DNA from: Fontibacillus panacisegetis
Lineage (GTDB): Bacteria; Bacillota; Bacilli; Paenibacillales; Paenibacillaceae
Assembly: GCF_900102215.1 (NCBI RefSeq)
Contig: NZ_FNBG01000003.1
Location: 206,397-246,396, forward strand
DNA length: 40,000 bases
Direction: 5' to 3'
The translations under genes were made by a program, and so were the position numbers. The notes beneath the pieces are model-generated. The model searched no databases, had not been told where the DNA came from, and saw only the letters and a program-made list of their open reading frames with translations. Positions 24,522-35,165 of this stretch are shown piece after piece (positions within the stretch are counted from its first letter, which is position 1; each line of letters opens with the position of its first letter).

Positions 24522-25433
24522 ATGCTTGAACAATTAGGGCTTAATCCAGACGATCGAGCCATTATCATCAATGCTGATGATTTTGGCATTTCACATTCGA
24601 CCAATCAAGCGATCATGAGCTTGTTCCACAAGGGTTCTAGTACTTCTGCATCGCTGATGGTTCCTTGTTCAGCAGCTAATGAAGCTGCGGATTTGTGCAG
24701 TAAGTCTAACAACAGCAATGTCAACGTTGGAATCCATCTGACGCTTACAAGCTCAGAGAGTGATTCCTATCGACCTGTATTCCAAGGTTATCCATTAAGG
24801 AGCTTGGTTACAGCCGATGGTTTCCTTCCTACAGATCCTGCAATGATCGAAAAGAAGGCAAAGCCTGAGGAAGTGAGAATGGAGCTAGAGGCACAAATTG
24901 TTAAGGCTCTCTCTATGGGGATCGATGTTACTCATCTGGATAGTCATGCGGGGACTGTGATGGGGGTATATGCGGGGCGCGATTTTCTGGAAATGGTGTT
25001 TGATTTATGCGAGAAATATGAGCTGCCTTTTAATCTGCCTTTGCGTATCGTGGAACAGCGATTTTTTAGCAAAAGTCTAATTAGGTTATTTGAACAGAGG
25101 ATTCAATCGGCTAAACGGCGCGGGATTCTTTTGATAGATGATCTAATCGCCCTCCCCTATCATCTCGACACAGAAGAGAGCTATGCGGATATGAGGGATG
25201 ATGTCATTCGCAAGATACAGACCTGCAAGCCAGGCATTACCCAAATTGTAGCTCACCCCGCGATCGTGACGGACGAACTTAAGAGATTAACCCCCCATTT
25301 TGTCAAAAGAGAGCTGGAATACCAACTATTCAATGACCCTGAGGTGAAGCAAGTACTCCATTCTGAGGGGATACATCTAATATCATGGAGGGAAATTCGA
25401 GATTTGCAAAAGACAATGAAACGAGGTTGTTAA
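24522..25433 (+). CDS. YdjC/ChbG-family carbohydrate deacetylase
   Basis: MLEQLGLNPDDRAIIINADDFGISHSTNQAIMSLF...TSASLMV...THLDSH are YdjC signature motifs. ATG 24522 lies 8 nt after GGGAGG. Confidence 0.82.
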   Translation: MLEQLGLNPDDRAIIINADDFGISHSTNQAIMSLFHKGSSTSASLMVPCSAANEAADLCSKSNNSNVNVGIHLTLTSSESDSYRPVFQGYPLRSLVTADGFLPTDPAMIEKKAKPEEVRMELEAQIVKALSMGIDVTHLDSHAGTVMGVYAGRDFLEMVFDLCEKYELPFNLPLRIVEQRFFSKSLIRLFEQRIQSAKRRGILLIDDLIALPYHLDTEESYADMRDDVIRKIQTCKPGITQIVAHPAIVTDELKRLTPHFVKRELEYQLFNDPEVKQVLHSEGIHLISWREIRDLQKTMKRGC

Positions 25434-25742
25434 CATAAAAAAACGCTCGGCTATAAGCTCAGCATCTTCATTGTGAAAGGTATTTATTTTGAGAGTCCTT
25501 TTGCCAATCATCAAGTGCATATGGGCCGTGTTTATGTATGATAGCAGTTACTTCGAGCCAAAATGTCCTGAAGTAAGTGGGGTTCTGTGTATTCCTCCTC
25601 TCGCCCATTCATCAGCCATCAACCAACCATCATGATGAACAGTGGATTTCCCGCTAAAGCTATTGCCACTTCTTCTATCTTGCATTACAATATAGCTAAA
25701 CTACATGGCAATGCAAGGTAGCGTTAGGAGGGTGTAATATCC

Positions 25743-26081
25743 TTGATACCATCACAGATGTTAAAAGGAACCTTGGAAAATTGTATATTAAAAGTGATCA
25801 GTAAACAGGAAACCTACGGCTATGAAATTTCGCAACAATTACAGGAATATGGCTTTACAGATATTGCAGAAGGAACCATTTATCCGCTTTTACTTCGTCT
25901 TGAGAAGAATGGTTATATAACAGCCGAGTATCGAGAATCGGCTCTCGGCCCCAAACGCAAATATTTCTCTATTACACCAGCTGGAGAAAAAGAATTGGAA
26001 ACCTTCATCGCCAATTGGAGAGAACTGGAATGTGCTGTCAATCAAGTATTCCATATAGGAGGAAAAGAGGATGAACACTAA
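25743..26081 (+). CDS. PadR-family transcriptional regulator
   Basis: LKGTLENCILKVISKQETYGYEISQQL...GTIYPLLLRLEKNGYITAEY...RKYFSITPAGEKEL. ATG 25758 is an alternative start. Confidence 0.9.
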   Translation: MIPSQMLKGTLENCILKVISKQETYGYEISQQLQEYGFTDIAEGTIYPLLLRLEKNGYITAEYRESALGPKRKYFSITPAGEKELETFIANWRELECAVNQVFHIGGKEDEH

Positions 26082-26763
26082 AACCAGAATGCTAAACCGT
26101 AAGAATAACGAGTTGGATCAGAAGTTAAATAAAGAGAATAGCATCGTCATGACCGATATGGTGTGTTACCTTCGTGTGGCAAATATCTCGGAGTACCATC
26201 AGGAAATGGTAAGACAGGATTTGCTGCAAATGGTTTTATCCGCTCAGCAGCGCAGTGCGTATATTAAAGAGGTGATCGGTGAAGATTACAAAGCCTTCTG
26301 TGATGAAGTGATAGCTGCATTACCGCCTATTAGCCCAAAAGAGCGGTTCCTTGATTTTGCTGATATCATTCTTCGCTGCATCGCTATTCTTGGTGTAATC
26401 AATATTATCATTTCGAAAGAGATGTTTGAATTGATTCGCAACGCAGTAACCGGACAAACGCTTGATTATCAGCTGTCCATTTCTGTAGGCACATTGTTAA
26501 GCACCGCCGTTATCGTTGCCGCTGCTTCCTTTATCGTCCATTTTATTGGCAGACATTCGTTTGATACCCAAACAACGAAAAGCAAAAGCAGCTTAAGGGA
26601 GAATATAATGGTTGGTTCTGTTAGTGGGGGACTGACGGCTGTCATTCTGTTACTTATGCTTTTTGCTAAACAGACACTTTTTACAGTTAACATTTTTATA
26701 GCATGCTTATTTATCTTGGGAATCTATGTTGCACATAAAATACTCCAGAACAGGAGATTGTGA
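26071..26763 (+). CDS. DUF1129-like membrane protein (PadR-operon partner)
   Basis: N-terminal soluble helical region followed by TM helices. It overlaps the padR stop by 11 nt. This architecture is typical of DUF1129 genes downstream of padR. Confidence 0.6.
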   Translation: MNTKTRMLNRKNNELDQKLNKENSIVMTDMVCYLRVANISEYHQEMVRQDLLQMVLSAQQRSAYIKEVIGEDYKAFCDEVIAALPPISPKERFLDFADIILRCIAILGVINIIISKEMFELIRNAVTGQTLDYQLSISVGTLLSTAVIVAAASFIVHFIGRHSFDTQTTKSKSSLRENIMVGSVSGGLTAVILLLMLFAKQTLFTVNIFIACLFILGIYVAHKILQNRRL

Positions 26764-26765
26764 CT

Positions 26766-28235
26766 ATGCGTATTTTTGAAATTCTTATTCTTGCGGGATT
26801 GTTATTATCCGCACTAGGTTTATTAATTATCAAGGATGCCAGATTGCGCATGGTTTTCCCCGCGCTTTCCGCTGTGCTCGCATTTATCGGAATCGGAACG
26901 GAAGGCTACCGATTCGTCATGACACCAGCGTATATATTAGCCGCTGTTCTCTTCGCTTGCAGTCTTCTAAAGCTGTTTTCCAGTGAGAGAAGGAAGCACC
27001 CTGTTCTAAGAAGCTTCGCGATTGCGGCGTTTTGCATTTTTTACGCACTATCTGTTGCCTTGCCGCTCTTACTACCTGTTTATGATCTCCCAAAACCGAG
27101 AGGAAAGGAATTGGTGGGAACAATCCGCCTGGATTTTACCAACCCCACGAGACGCGATCTTCTGTCAGGAGGCACAACCGCACAGGAAATAGCCGTTCAG
27201 GTCTGGTATCCAGCTTCGGATGCGGGCATTGGTACTCGTGCCCACTGGATGGACAACCGGAAAGTGGCAAGTCTTTTTGCGCAAAATCTGAGACTTCCAG
27301 ATATCTTGGGCCAGTTGTGTCTCATTCGCACGAACAGCTTTTGGAATGCTCCCCTTTCAAATGAAACAGATAAATATCCGGTCATTCTGTTTTCTGGTGG
27401 AGCAGGTTCGTTCAACGGGCAAAATACAATTCAGATGGAAGAACTGGCAAGCCAAGGCTACATCGTATTTTCGGTGAGCCATCCCTATGACGATTTTGCC
27501 GTCATATACGCAGACGGATCTGTAGTCCCCTCTCACAGCACTCAGTTTGAGGCGCTTATCAAGGACAGTGCGGATGCAATCACCGAAGCCCAAAAGCAGA
27601 TCGCCGACGAAAGCAGTCCAGATTTTTACAGAGCTATGCTACGGAATAGTAAGTTGAATGCGGAAAATGTCCGCATTTGGGGCGATGACATGATTTTTAT
27701 TGCTGATCAAGTCGGCCGCCTCGACGACGGAAGCATTTCAAGCATGTTTGAAGGAAGGCTGGATACCGAAAACATGGGAATATTCGGGCATTCCTTCGGC
27801 GGCGCAGCGGCTGGTCAGGCCATTCTAACCGACAACCGTTTTAAGGCATTCATCAATTTGGACGGAACTCCGTTCGGAGACACAGTGGACAGTATCATAG
27901 AGCAGCCCTTTCTGATTATGTCTGCTTTCTCCGAACAAAACGGGAACCTGATGTCCGAAAGTGGATACTCACAGGAACAAGAAGATTACGCCGTTATAAC
28001 AATTAAGGGCACACAGCATATGAATTTCACTGATCTGAATGTTGTTCTATCCAATGTAGGCAAAGCTATAGGCCTATTGGGCACTATCAGTCCTGAACGT
28101 CAAACGGAGATTATGAATGCCTATATCGTTTCCTTTTTCAATAAACACTTAAAAGGAATGCAGGCTTCTTCATTTGACATTTTGCTACCTGAATATCCGG
28201 AAATAACCGTTAAAATTATTGGCGACCCGTTTTGA
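26766..28235 (+). CDS. Membrane-anchored alpha/beta hydrolase (PAF-acetylhydrolase/lipase-like)
   Basis: About 3 N-terminal TM helices, then PVILFSGGAG...GYIVFSVSHP and the nucleophile elbow GHSFGGAAA. ATG 26766 lies 9 nt after AGGAG. Confidence 0.75.
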   Translation: MRIFEILILAGLLLSALGLLIIKDARLRMVFPALSAVLAFIGIGTEGYRFVMTPAYILAAVLFACSLLKLFSSERRKHPVLRSFAIAAFCIFYALSVALPLLLPVYDLPKPRGKELVGTIRLDFTNPTRRDLLSGGTTAQEIAVQVWYPASDAGIGTRAHWMDNRKVASLFAQNLRLPDILGQLCLIRTNSFWNAPLSNETDKYPVILFSGGAGSFNGQNTIQMEELASQGYIVFSVSHPYDDFAVIYADGSVVPSHSTQFEALIKDSADAITEAQKQIADESSPDFYRAMLRNSKLNAENVRIWGDDMIFIADQVGRLDDGSISSMFEGRLDTENMGIFGHSFGGAAAGQAILTDNRFKAFINLDGTPFGDTVDSIIEQPFLIMSAFSEQNGNLMSESGYSQEQEDYAVITIKGTQHMNFTDLNVVLSNVGKAIGLLGTISPERQTEIMNAYIVSFFNKHLKGMQASSFDILLPEYPEITVKIIGDPF

Positions 28236-28255
28236 TCTTCTATTGACTAGAGGTT

Positions 28256-28486
28256 CTATTTATTTCTGTATCCCGAATGTAAGACAAAAGATACCGTCAA
28301 ACAAATGAGACTGGGGAGTAAAAAGAAAACGGCATGGATTGCATAATATACAGACAATGGTGTCGATCCATAGGATTGTATCACTCTCGGATAGTCATTA
28401 TGTAAATATATAAGACCAACAACAAAACAGACCATTAGAATACATCCAATGATTAGCCAAACTTTTGGCCATATTGATTTTTTCAA
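28256..28486 (-). CDS. Small membrane protein (76 aa, 2 TM)
   Basis: MKKSIWPKVWLIIGCILMVCFVVGLIYL... and a second hydrophobic helix. GGAGGTG lies upstream. Confidence 0.55.
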   Translation of the reverse strand: MKKSIWPKVWLIIGCILMVCFVVGLIYLHNDYPRVIQSYGSTPLSVYYAIHAVFFLLPSLICLTVSFVLHSGYRNK

Positions 28487-28546
28487 GCAGATCCACCTCC
28501 TAGATAAATTATTTATCTCAGGATAGATTAAGCTCTCATTTTTGCA

Positions 28547-28762
28547 TCATATTCTATTGTCCAGCTCTTCGATCGCTCTCTTGAATACGACAATGACTTC
28601 CCTTGATGTCCCTTGGCCATAGCTTGTATCAAAACAGGACACGACTTCCCATCCATCTCGTCCGTAGTGATTTAATTCATCCTGGAAATCGATTTCATCC
28701 ACCTTGCCGCCCATAAAACCACCGGTTTTTATTTTGATCGTCTTATATTCCCAACGTGTCAT
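28547..28762 (-). CDS. DUF4177-like small protein
   Basis: MTRWEYKTIKIKTGGFMGGKVDEIDFQDELNHYGRDGWEVVSCF. ATG 28762 lies 9 nt after GGAGG. Confidence 0.65.
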   Translation of the reverse strand: MTRWEYKTIKIKTGGFMGGKVDEIDFQDELNHYGRDGWEVVSCFDTSYGQGTSREVIVVFKRAIEELDNRI

Positions 28763-28860
28763 TTTCGTTAGCCTCCATTTTTTTCTACAAAACATGATTT
28801 ATTGCTACTGAAGTTTCAATTATCATAACCAATTGGTTTTATTTTGTAAAAGAAAGTTTT

Positions 28861-29130
28861 TCACTCGATCAAACGATTGGCCTGATTTTGGAACAATGCA
28901 GTTTCACCTAAACAGAGCGCACGTCCCGAACTATCAAGGGATTCAAATGAAAAAAGCTGGTAACGAACCAAAGGTGAAGTTGTCCGTCTTCCTAAGATGG
29001 TTGCTTTCAGGTTTCTTGAGCGGCTCACAAAACAGACCGGTCCCGGATCAATCTCATGCTCCCCGCCTAATATACTTGCAAATTGGTTGCACAATCTTCT
29101 AAATCTCGGACTTACCTTGACATTCGCCAT
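28861..29130 (-). pseudogene. Possible DUF1259 (LppY/LpqO-like) N-terminal fragment
   Basis: The pattern ...ILGGEHEIDPGPVCFVSRSRNLKATILG...FSFE...GETALFQNQANRLIE* resembles one DUF1259 repeat. It ends where the family continues. There is no signal peptide. Confidence 0.35.
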
Positions 29131-29405
29131 TATAAACCTCCTCTGGATTTTGAGATATTGTATTTAACATCAGAGTTGAGGGTATATGCGAATGCCCAAT
29201 ATCAAAAATAAATACTGGCCTATCTGTTCATTTAGGCGGAACCGACAATGGAATGGAGTTTTCTCTCTACATCGTAGGGGCTGTCCCAAAAGTGGGGTTA
29301 CTGTTAAAACTAGAAATAGCGGTGCAAGGAAGATGATCCCCGCACCGCTTGATCCTGCCACACATTCTATGACCGTATCTCAAGTGTAATAGTGTCATGA
29401 TGCGA

Positions 29406-29542
29406 AATTCCTGCAAATGTGCAGGCTTTCTCTAAGGATTCTCTTCAAACTAGTCTATTCTGAACCATATTCCTGCATTTTTGCAGGCTTTTGTTCATCC
29501 TTTCATGGCTACTTTAAAAAAACTGTATTTTTGCATCCTTTT
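29406..29542 (+). repeat. Three copies of a short TGCA-hairpin repeat (family 2)
   Basis: AATTCCTGCAAATGTGCAGGCTTT (29406-29429), ATTCCTGCATTTTTGCAGGCTTTT (about 29469-29492), and a degenerate AACTGTATTTTTGCATCCTTTT (29521-29542). The same family recurs at 39001-39180. Confidence 0.75.
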
Positions 29543-29579
29543 CCTGATATCTTGCCTTTACACTGCTAAACAAGAAGCG

Positions 29580-29625
29580 TCCCTCAAAGTTATCTTAGAT
29601 AACTTTTGGGACAGCCTCTTTACTT
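29580..29625. other. Long palindrome (terminator-like) with a distant inverted partner
   Basis: TCCCTCAAAGTTATCT-T-AGATAACTTTTGGGA followed by CAGCCTCTTTACTTTTTT. The 15-mer ACTTTTGGGACAGCC (29602-29616) is the exact reverse complement of GGCTGTCCCAAAAGT at 29279-29293. Confidence 0.6.
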
Positions 29626-29692
29626 TTTTAGGAACTTTTTGAGAAAATACAGGTATTAATAGAATAATAATCCACTAGAGGGAGATGTAAAA

Positions 29693-30268
29693 TTGAAAAA
29701 TCTCAAAAAAATAATTTTCATATTATGTAGTTTAATGATTTTGCAAAGTGTGACCATACTATATGCTGCTGCGAACAAATCGGAAATTTCCATTTATTTA
29801 AATGATGTGCTTCAAAAACGCGAGGGATTAATAAGTGATGATGGAGATGTATTATTGTCTACTGCACAGTTATCTGAGGATTTGTTCGCATTATATTCCC
29901 CTGACAAGTCAGGAGAATCAACCCGTATCTACAAACCTAATGTGAACTTAGTTTTGCGTGATGATAAAGAAAAGGTTTTTGGCAAAGTTAAAAGTACGAA
30001 TCGCATTACATTTTCAACTTTAGTACAAGTAGATAATTTAAAAACAACAATTTCTGATTTAAAAATAGTCATCACTAGTCCCGAAGGTAAGACAGAAACC
30101 ATAACCTCTCAACAAATTAAAGATACGATGGAATATTTCTGGTTCATATCAGACGATTTCACCTACACATTTAATTCAAAAGGAAATTATGCCATTAAAG
30201 TGTTTTTCAAAGATAGTGATTCCAAGAAATGGTTTCCTGTGTCCGAAATTCAAGTGGTTGCGATGTAA
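29693..30268 (+). CDS. Secreted hypothetical protein (191 aa)
   Basis: TTG start 8 nt after GGGAG. The signal peptide is MKNLKKIIFILCSLMILQSVTILYAAA. The mature part looks beta-rich. Confidence 0.6.
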   Translation: MKNLKKIIFILCSLMILQSVTILYAAANKSEISIYLNDVLQKREGLISDDGDVLLSTAQLSEDLFALYSPDKSGESTRIYKPNVNLVLRDDKEKVFGKVKSTNRITFSTLVQVDNLKTTISDLKIVITSPEGKTETITSQQIKDTMEYFWFISDDFTYTFNSKGNYAIKVFFKDSDSKKWFPVSEIQVVAM

Positions 30269-30277
30269 CGTTCATCT

Positions 30278-31087
30278 TCAATTTCTTTCATCAACCCCAT
30301 CCTGTTTCTTTAATCTTGTTTGTAGCTTATCTATAATCTCTTGCCTGTATTCGCCCTGCATTTCATCAATTCGTACTGCTAACGTCGGGATCATCCATTC
30401 CTCAAGGAATTCATCATTCATACCTGTGAGCCTGATATACTCGGATACATATTCCTTATTAAAAAGCTCTCGCGATTCTCTATGCATCAACCAGCCAGGT
30501 GCATTTGGCGGCAGCGAGTCGGATTGGATCATCATTGAAGTTCTAGTGACATCAGCCTCCGGGTTACCTACTAAAAGATTCAACCAATCAATAATGATTG
30601 GACCATTAGGTGACATGATAATGTTATCCGGATGAAAGTCATAATGGCATATCGAATTTCCATCAGGTAATGAAGCCAATATATATGTAATGATTTGCTT
30701 GTCATGATTGGATATCTCTTGTGAATGGTTAATTTTATGAGTGATTTCCGGTTTTAGATTAGGAAGCAGCTTATTCTTAACTTGATGAATCTCGTATTGA
30801 AGATTTGCCATCAGTCTGGCGTTATAGAACATGCTCTCCTCTGAGGGTTCAATATTCCATAACATCGTGGGGCCATCGATTCTCTCATAAATGAGACCCT
30901 TCTTGCCTTCGTAATCTACTAGCCCACCATATTTAGGTGCTCTCAACATTAAGCTGTTAATGAGTTCAGCATTTTTTGCTTCCATCACCGCATAATTCTG
31001 ATCATAGAACAATTTGATAACTTCCGTCTTTCCCCACCGATATACTCTTGCAGTGTTGCCAATCCCAAGTAACTCACCGATTTTCAT
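30278..31087 (-). CDS. APH/choline-kinase-like phosphotransferase family protein
   Basis: Gly-rich loop LGIGNTARVY, the catalytic loop CHYDFHPDNIIM (HxDxxxxN), and IIDW. Confidence 0.8.
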   Translation of the reverse strand: MKIGELLGIGNTARVYRWGKTEVIKLFYDQNYAVMEAKNAELINSLMLRAPKYGGLVDYEGKKGLIYERIDGPTMLWNIEPSEESMFYNARLMANLQYEIHQVKNKLLPNLKPEITHKINHSQEISNHDKQIITYILASLPDGNSICHYDFHPDNIIMSPNGPIIIDWLNLLVGNPEADVTRTSMMIQSDSLPPNAPGWLMHRESRELFNKEYVSEYIRLTGMNDEFLEEWMIPTLAVRIDEMQGEYRQEIIDKLQTRLKKQDGVDERN

Positions 31088-31204
31088 AGTGTATTCCTTT
31101 CATTATGTTCATATGATGAATTTCATGACCGCAATCATATAAATACATGCATGATTTATTCAACACGGCATGGGTTTACTCCTTTTTTAGACATTTAGAA
31201 TGAT

Positions 31205-31606
31205 TCAATTATCATAAACAACCTCAGTACCAGCAATAAAATCATGGATTGAACGCTTATCTTCTCTTAATCCAATCATAAATGCGCTAACGATTACACC
31301 TATTCCAAAAGTAATTGCGTATACGATTCCTGCTACAACATTACGCATTAACATGGTTCCAATCCCCGGAGGTGTTAAATCACTGACTCTTCTAATACGG
31401 ATGCCACAAATTCGTTTTCCAATGGTATATCCGTTCCACAATACAGGCAGCAATAACGAATACAGGAATGACAATATGTTGTCGGTGTACCCCTGATCCG
31501 TACCTCCATCAATGATGTATGCAAGAATTGCCAACGGTATTCCTATAATAATACCATCTAACAAGTTAGCACCTAATCTGATCCAAAAACCCGCTTTCCT
31601 CTCCAT
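31205..31606 (-). CDS. RDD-family membrane protein
   Basis: MERKAGFWIRLGANLLDGIIIGIPLAI...GKRICGIRI...RSIHDFIAGT shows the R..D..D pattern with 3 TM helices. Confidence 0.75.
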   Translation of the reverse strand: MERKAGFWIRLGANLLDGIIIGIPLAILAYIIDGGTDQGYTDNILSFLYSLLLPVLWNGYTIGKRICGIRIRRVSDLTPPGIGTMLMRNVVAGIVYAITFGIGVIVSAFMIGLREDKRSIHDFIAGTEVVYDN

Positions 31607-31915
31607 CACCCTCACTCCACTTCCATAAAATAATGAGCTTCTCTCTATGCATATTCAGTTTAACATCAATAGCTGCATTTATCTCCCATAAGTAAGTACA
31701 AATAAATCGATCATTGCAAACTATAACTATTTACCACTTTTACTAATGAGAGCAACTAGGAAGACCCAGGAATGTAAAGCAATTCTCTGATGGCCTGACG
31801 ATGAAATTCTCACAACACTAACTCAAAGCTCTCTTCCAGAAGGTAAGGGATTGAACCAATAAATAAAAAAGGCCCCCGCCTTAGTTAGCAAAGGAGCCAG
31901 AATATTTTAATATGC

Positions 31916-33346
31916 TTACATTCCCACTGAAGCGGAAATTGCAGCGAATATGGCCGCGATAATCCACAAAATCCCGAATAGCTTTAGTACTACCTTGAGC
32001 CATTGACCAAAGTTAATCCGGGCAATAGCCAATCCAGCCAGAAGCACCCCACCTGTTGGAGAAATAAGATTCGTCAACCCGTTCCCGAATTGATAGGCTG
32101 TAACAATGGCCTCCCTGTTAATACCAATCAGGTCACCAAGCGGAGCCAGTACCGGCATAGTTAGTGCTGCTTCTCCCGAAGATGATGGAACCAGGAAGGT
32201 AATCACATTATGAACTAACAGCATAATTGTAGTAAATGCGTAGTTTGGCAAGCCCTGCAGCATGTTGGCAAGGAAGTTCAGAATCGTGTCGATGATCTTG
32301 CCATTCTCGGCAATGACGAGAATTCCCCGTGCAAGACCTATGATTACCGCTGCATATACAAACTCCCCACAGCCCTTGACAAAATTCTCGGCCATCTCTT
32401 TCTGGCTCATTCTGGATATGATACCAGCAAACAGGCCAAGCGCGAGGAAAAGTGCACCGATCTCCGTCATGTACCATCCCTTTGCCAAAATCCCCCACAC
32501 AATAATTCCTAACACTGCAATAAATCCGCCAATAATCAGCTTATCACGCAATGAGAAGACAAGCTCTTTCCCGTTCTCTTCCCCGAGGTACAATGGACGG
32601 GTGACCAAATCATTCTGATAAACGATCGATTTCTCGGGGTTTTTCTTCACACGGTTAGCGTACCACATAGTAAATGCAATCGACACACCTGTAAAGACAA
32701 TCCATTCAATGAACCGCAGCCATAGCTGAGGATTCCCTTGTACACCGGCCACCCCTTGTGCAATGAGGACCGAAAATGGATTCGTCGTCGAGCCGACATA
32801 TCCGATCTGTGTGCCGAGGAAAAGAATCAGTATAGCAGTCATCGAGTCAAAGCCTAACGCAAACATTAAAGAAATGAATATAGCGTAAAGCGGGATGATC
32901 TCCTCGCTCATCCCAAAGGTTGAGCCACCCAGACTGCAAATAACCATCGTAATCGGAATAATTAAAATGCCTTTGTTCTTAAGCCTTCCAGCCAGTGCCA
33001 TCAATCCTCGATCGATTGCGCCGGTCTGTAAAATAATGCCGAAGGCTCCACCTACGATCAATACGAAGGCAACAACATCTGCAGCATTTATGATGCCTTC
33101 CATCGGAGCTGCCAAAATTTGCGGTATCCCTTGACGTAAATCACTGTCTGCATCGCTCTTGGGTACAGCGTGATATGTTCCGGGTACAATAGCGGACTTG
33201 GTCATTCCGTCGATTGTAACTTCCTGACGTTCAAATTCCCCGCTTGGTATAATCCATGTGAGCACAGCCATCAGGATTATAATGAAGAAAATAAGCGAAT
33301 AGCTATGAGGCAGAGACCATTTATGCTTTTTCTTGATCGCTTCCAT
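31916..33346 (-). CDS. YfcC/DcuC-superfamily anaerobic C4-dicarboxylate-carrier-like transporter
   Basis: MEAIKKKHKWSLPHSYSLIFFIIILMAVLTWIIPSGEFERQEV... is a typical YfcC N-terminus on a polytopic membrane protein. ATG 33346 lies 6 nt after GAGGG. Confidence 0.78.
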   Translation of the reverse strand: MEAIKKKHKWSLPHSYSLIFFIIILMAVLTWIIPSGEFERQEVTIDGMTKSAIVPGTYHAVPKSDADSDLRQGIPQILAAPMEGIINAADVVAFVLIVGGAFGIILQTGAIDRGLMALAGRLKNKGILIIPITMVICSLGGSTFGMSEEIIPLYAIFISLMFALGFDSMTAILILFLGTQIGYVGSTTNPFSVLIAQGVAGVQGNPQLWLRFIEWIVFTGVSIAFTMWYANRVKKNPEKSIVYQNDLVTRPLYLGEENGKELVFSLRDKLIIGGFIAVLGIIVWGILAKGWYMTEIGALFLALGLFAGIISRMSQKEMAENFVKGCGEFVYAAVIIGLARGILVIAENGKIIDTILNFLANMLQGLPNYAFTTIMLLVHNVITFLVPSSSGEAALTMPVLAPLGDLIGINREAIVTAYQFGNGLTNLISPTGGVLLAGLAIARINFGQWLKVVLKLFGILWIIAAIFAAISASVGM

Positions 33347-33414
33347 ATTCATCCCTCATTCTGGATTTTAGTAAATTTTTACAACAATATAGTCATTAAT
33401 GGATTCGAAAAATT

Positions 33415-34989
33415 CTAATGGCTCTCATCATGAGTTACTCGTCCCCCGCACAGGGTCAATATCACCTTTGAATTTCTTAGCTCGGCTGCAGGCGTATGAA
33501 GAAGATTACGATCGAAGACACATATATCTGCATACTTTCCTTTTTCAAGAGTGCCTGTTTTCTCCTCCATAAAACAATGCTTGGCTCCATTTACAGTCCA
33601 GGCTTTAAGCACTTCCTCGCGCGGCATCCCTTTATCCGGATACCATCCCCCTTCAGGCGATCCATCCGGGAATAGACGGGCGCTTGCTGCATACAGTGAA
33701 TCGGGTACGCTAGTAATAAATAGAGGCAGATCAGTACCGCATGTCACCGTAACGCCAGCATCTAACATTGATTGATAATCATAAAACCTGCTCTCTCTAT
33801 CCTGTCCAGCCACCTTGGCCATATAAGCTTCCTCATGAGATGGATTTAGCAGCAATACCTGAGCGTATATTTCAGCGAAAATACCTAACTCAGCCATCCT
33901 CTTCAAATCAGCGGGATGAGGACATTCCAGATCACTTATCGAGTGACGGGCATCCCTGACCCCGTTAACATGACGGCATTTCTCAAATATCGACACCGCT
34001 TCGCGGATGGCAGCATCACCTTCGGCGGTCAGAATGCATTTTAATCCATACTGATCGGCTTCCATAACAGCCGCCTCAATGGCTCCATAATCCACTGGCC
34101 GCAGATTGGTTACACCCGGCATATCGGCATACGGCTCAAGCATATCCCCTGTATGGTCGGCCACTACACCGTCAACCATCACTTTATAGCCTTGGAACCG
34201 AAGATAATCGCCGTTATATTCAGCTTTACAATGCAAACCAAAATCCGTATTCAGTGGACTCTGGACCGGTTCAAGGACGAAATGGACGCGCGCCGAAAGC
34301 TGACTCTCCCCGGCTAATTCCTCCAATACAGGCAACAATCCCTCGTATTGATCAAAACCGATATCTTTGATAGATGTTACCCCCCGTTTTGCCAGCATAG
34401 AGCAGAAATCCTGAAACTCAGTCTTCACGAGCTCCTGGTCCTGAAGCATCTCCCGCAGCATAACAGCACGTGCTTCAGCACTGCATTGATCCGGAGTAAA
34501 TCCAAACCTCTTGATCGCAATACTGTTCATCCAGCAGTAACTTTTGGAACGATTAATCGCCACAACCGCCCGATCTGGAAATGCTTGATCCAGAGGCTCA
34601 TTTTTAGGCAGGTTCCCCCAAGCATCGGAGTCCCAGCCGTAAGCGTATACATTTTGATCTTCAGGTAACTTCTCTGCATAAGCAATAAGAAGCTTTAACG
34701 CTTCAGCCTCTGATTTGACATTCGTCAAATCGAGTCCCCGATGCATAGACATGTAGCCAGTGAAAAACACGTGATTGTCATGAATACCGGGCATGATGAA
34801 ACCGTCACCTAAGGAATACACTTTCGTCTGTGGACCGATCCAAGGCTCCTCTTCCTTGGGGTTGCCAACAGCTACAATGCGGTCTCCTAAAACCGCTACA
34901 AATCCAGGGGACGCCTCCTGATCAAGTCCCGTAAAAATTGCATTGGACATCAGTACCATATCCGCATACCTGGCATTATTGGATTCCAT
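33415..34989 (-). CDS. Amidohydrolase-3-family metal-dependent hydrolase
   Basis: GFIMPGIHDNHVFF is the HxH metal motif. The protein is 524 aa with C-terminal ...TDLP... and KYADICVFD motifs. AAGGAGGGG lies 5 nt upstream. Confidence 0.8.
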   Translation of the reverse strand: MESNNARYADMVLMSNAIFTGLDQEASPGFVAVLGDRIVAVGNPKEEEPWIGPQTKVYSLGDGFIMPGIHDNHVFFTGYMSMHRGLDLTNVKSEAEALKLLIAYAEKLPEDQNVYAYGWDSDAWGNLPKNEPLDQAFPDRAVVAINRSKSYCWMNSIAIKRFGFTPDQCSAEARAVMLREMLQDQELVKTEFQDFCSMLAKRGVTSIKDIGFDQYEGLLPVLEELAGESQLSARVHFVLEPVQSPLNTDFGLHCKAEYNGDYLRFQGYKVMVDGVVADHTGDMLEPYADMPGVTNLRPVDYGAIEAAVMEADQYGLKCILTAEGDAAIREAVSIFEKCRHVNGVRDARHSISDLECPHPADLKRMAELGIFAEIYAQVLLLNPSHEEAYMAKVAGQDRESRFYDYQSMLDAGVTVTCGTDLPLFITSVPDSLYAASARLFPDGSPEGGWYPDKGMPREEVLKAWTVNGAKHCFMEEKTGTLEKGKYADICVFDRNLLHTPAAELRNSKVILTLCGGRVTHDESH

Positions 34990-35070
34990 CTTAGCCCCTC
35001 CTTTGCCTGATTATCTTTTTGCTATAATTGATTACTTCTCTTCTAGAAAAAACCCGCTCTTAACCTATTT

Positions 35071-35094
35071 ATAATACGTATTATAACGTTATAT
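35071..35094. promoter_or_regulatory. Candidate GntR/FrlR operator (site A), upstream of the amidohydrolase-transporter unit
   Basis: ATAATACGTATTATAACGTTATAT contains the palindromes AATACGTATT and TATAACGTTATA. It is a near-identical inverted copy of site C. Confidence 0.55.
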
Positions 35095-35165
35095 TTGTAC
35101 TTCTAATGCTCCTTTTCTCATATGAAATCGAATAAGAAGCAATCAGGCTTTAGAGCGGGAAATGA

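Noticed and set aside
28833-29389. Track ORFs 28833..29102 (+), 29170..29361 (-) and 29186..29389 (+)
   Set aside because: The first is antisense to the DUF1259-like fragment. The other two overlap each other in a repeat- and hairpin-rich intergenic region and have no RBS.
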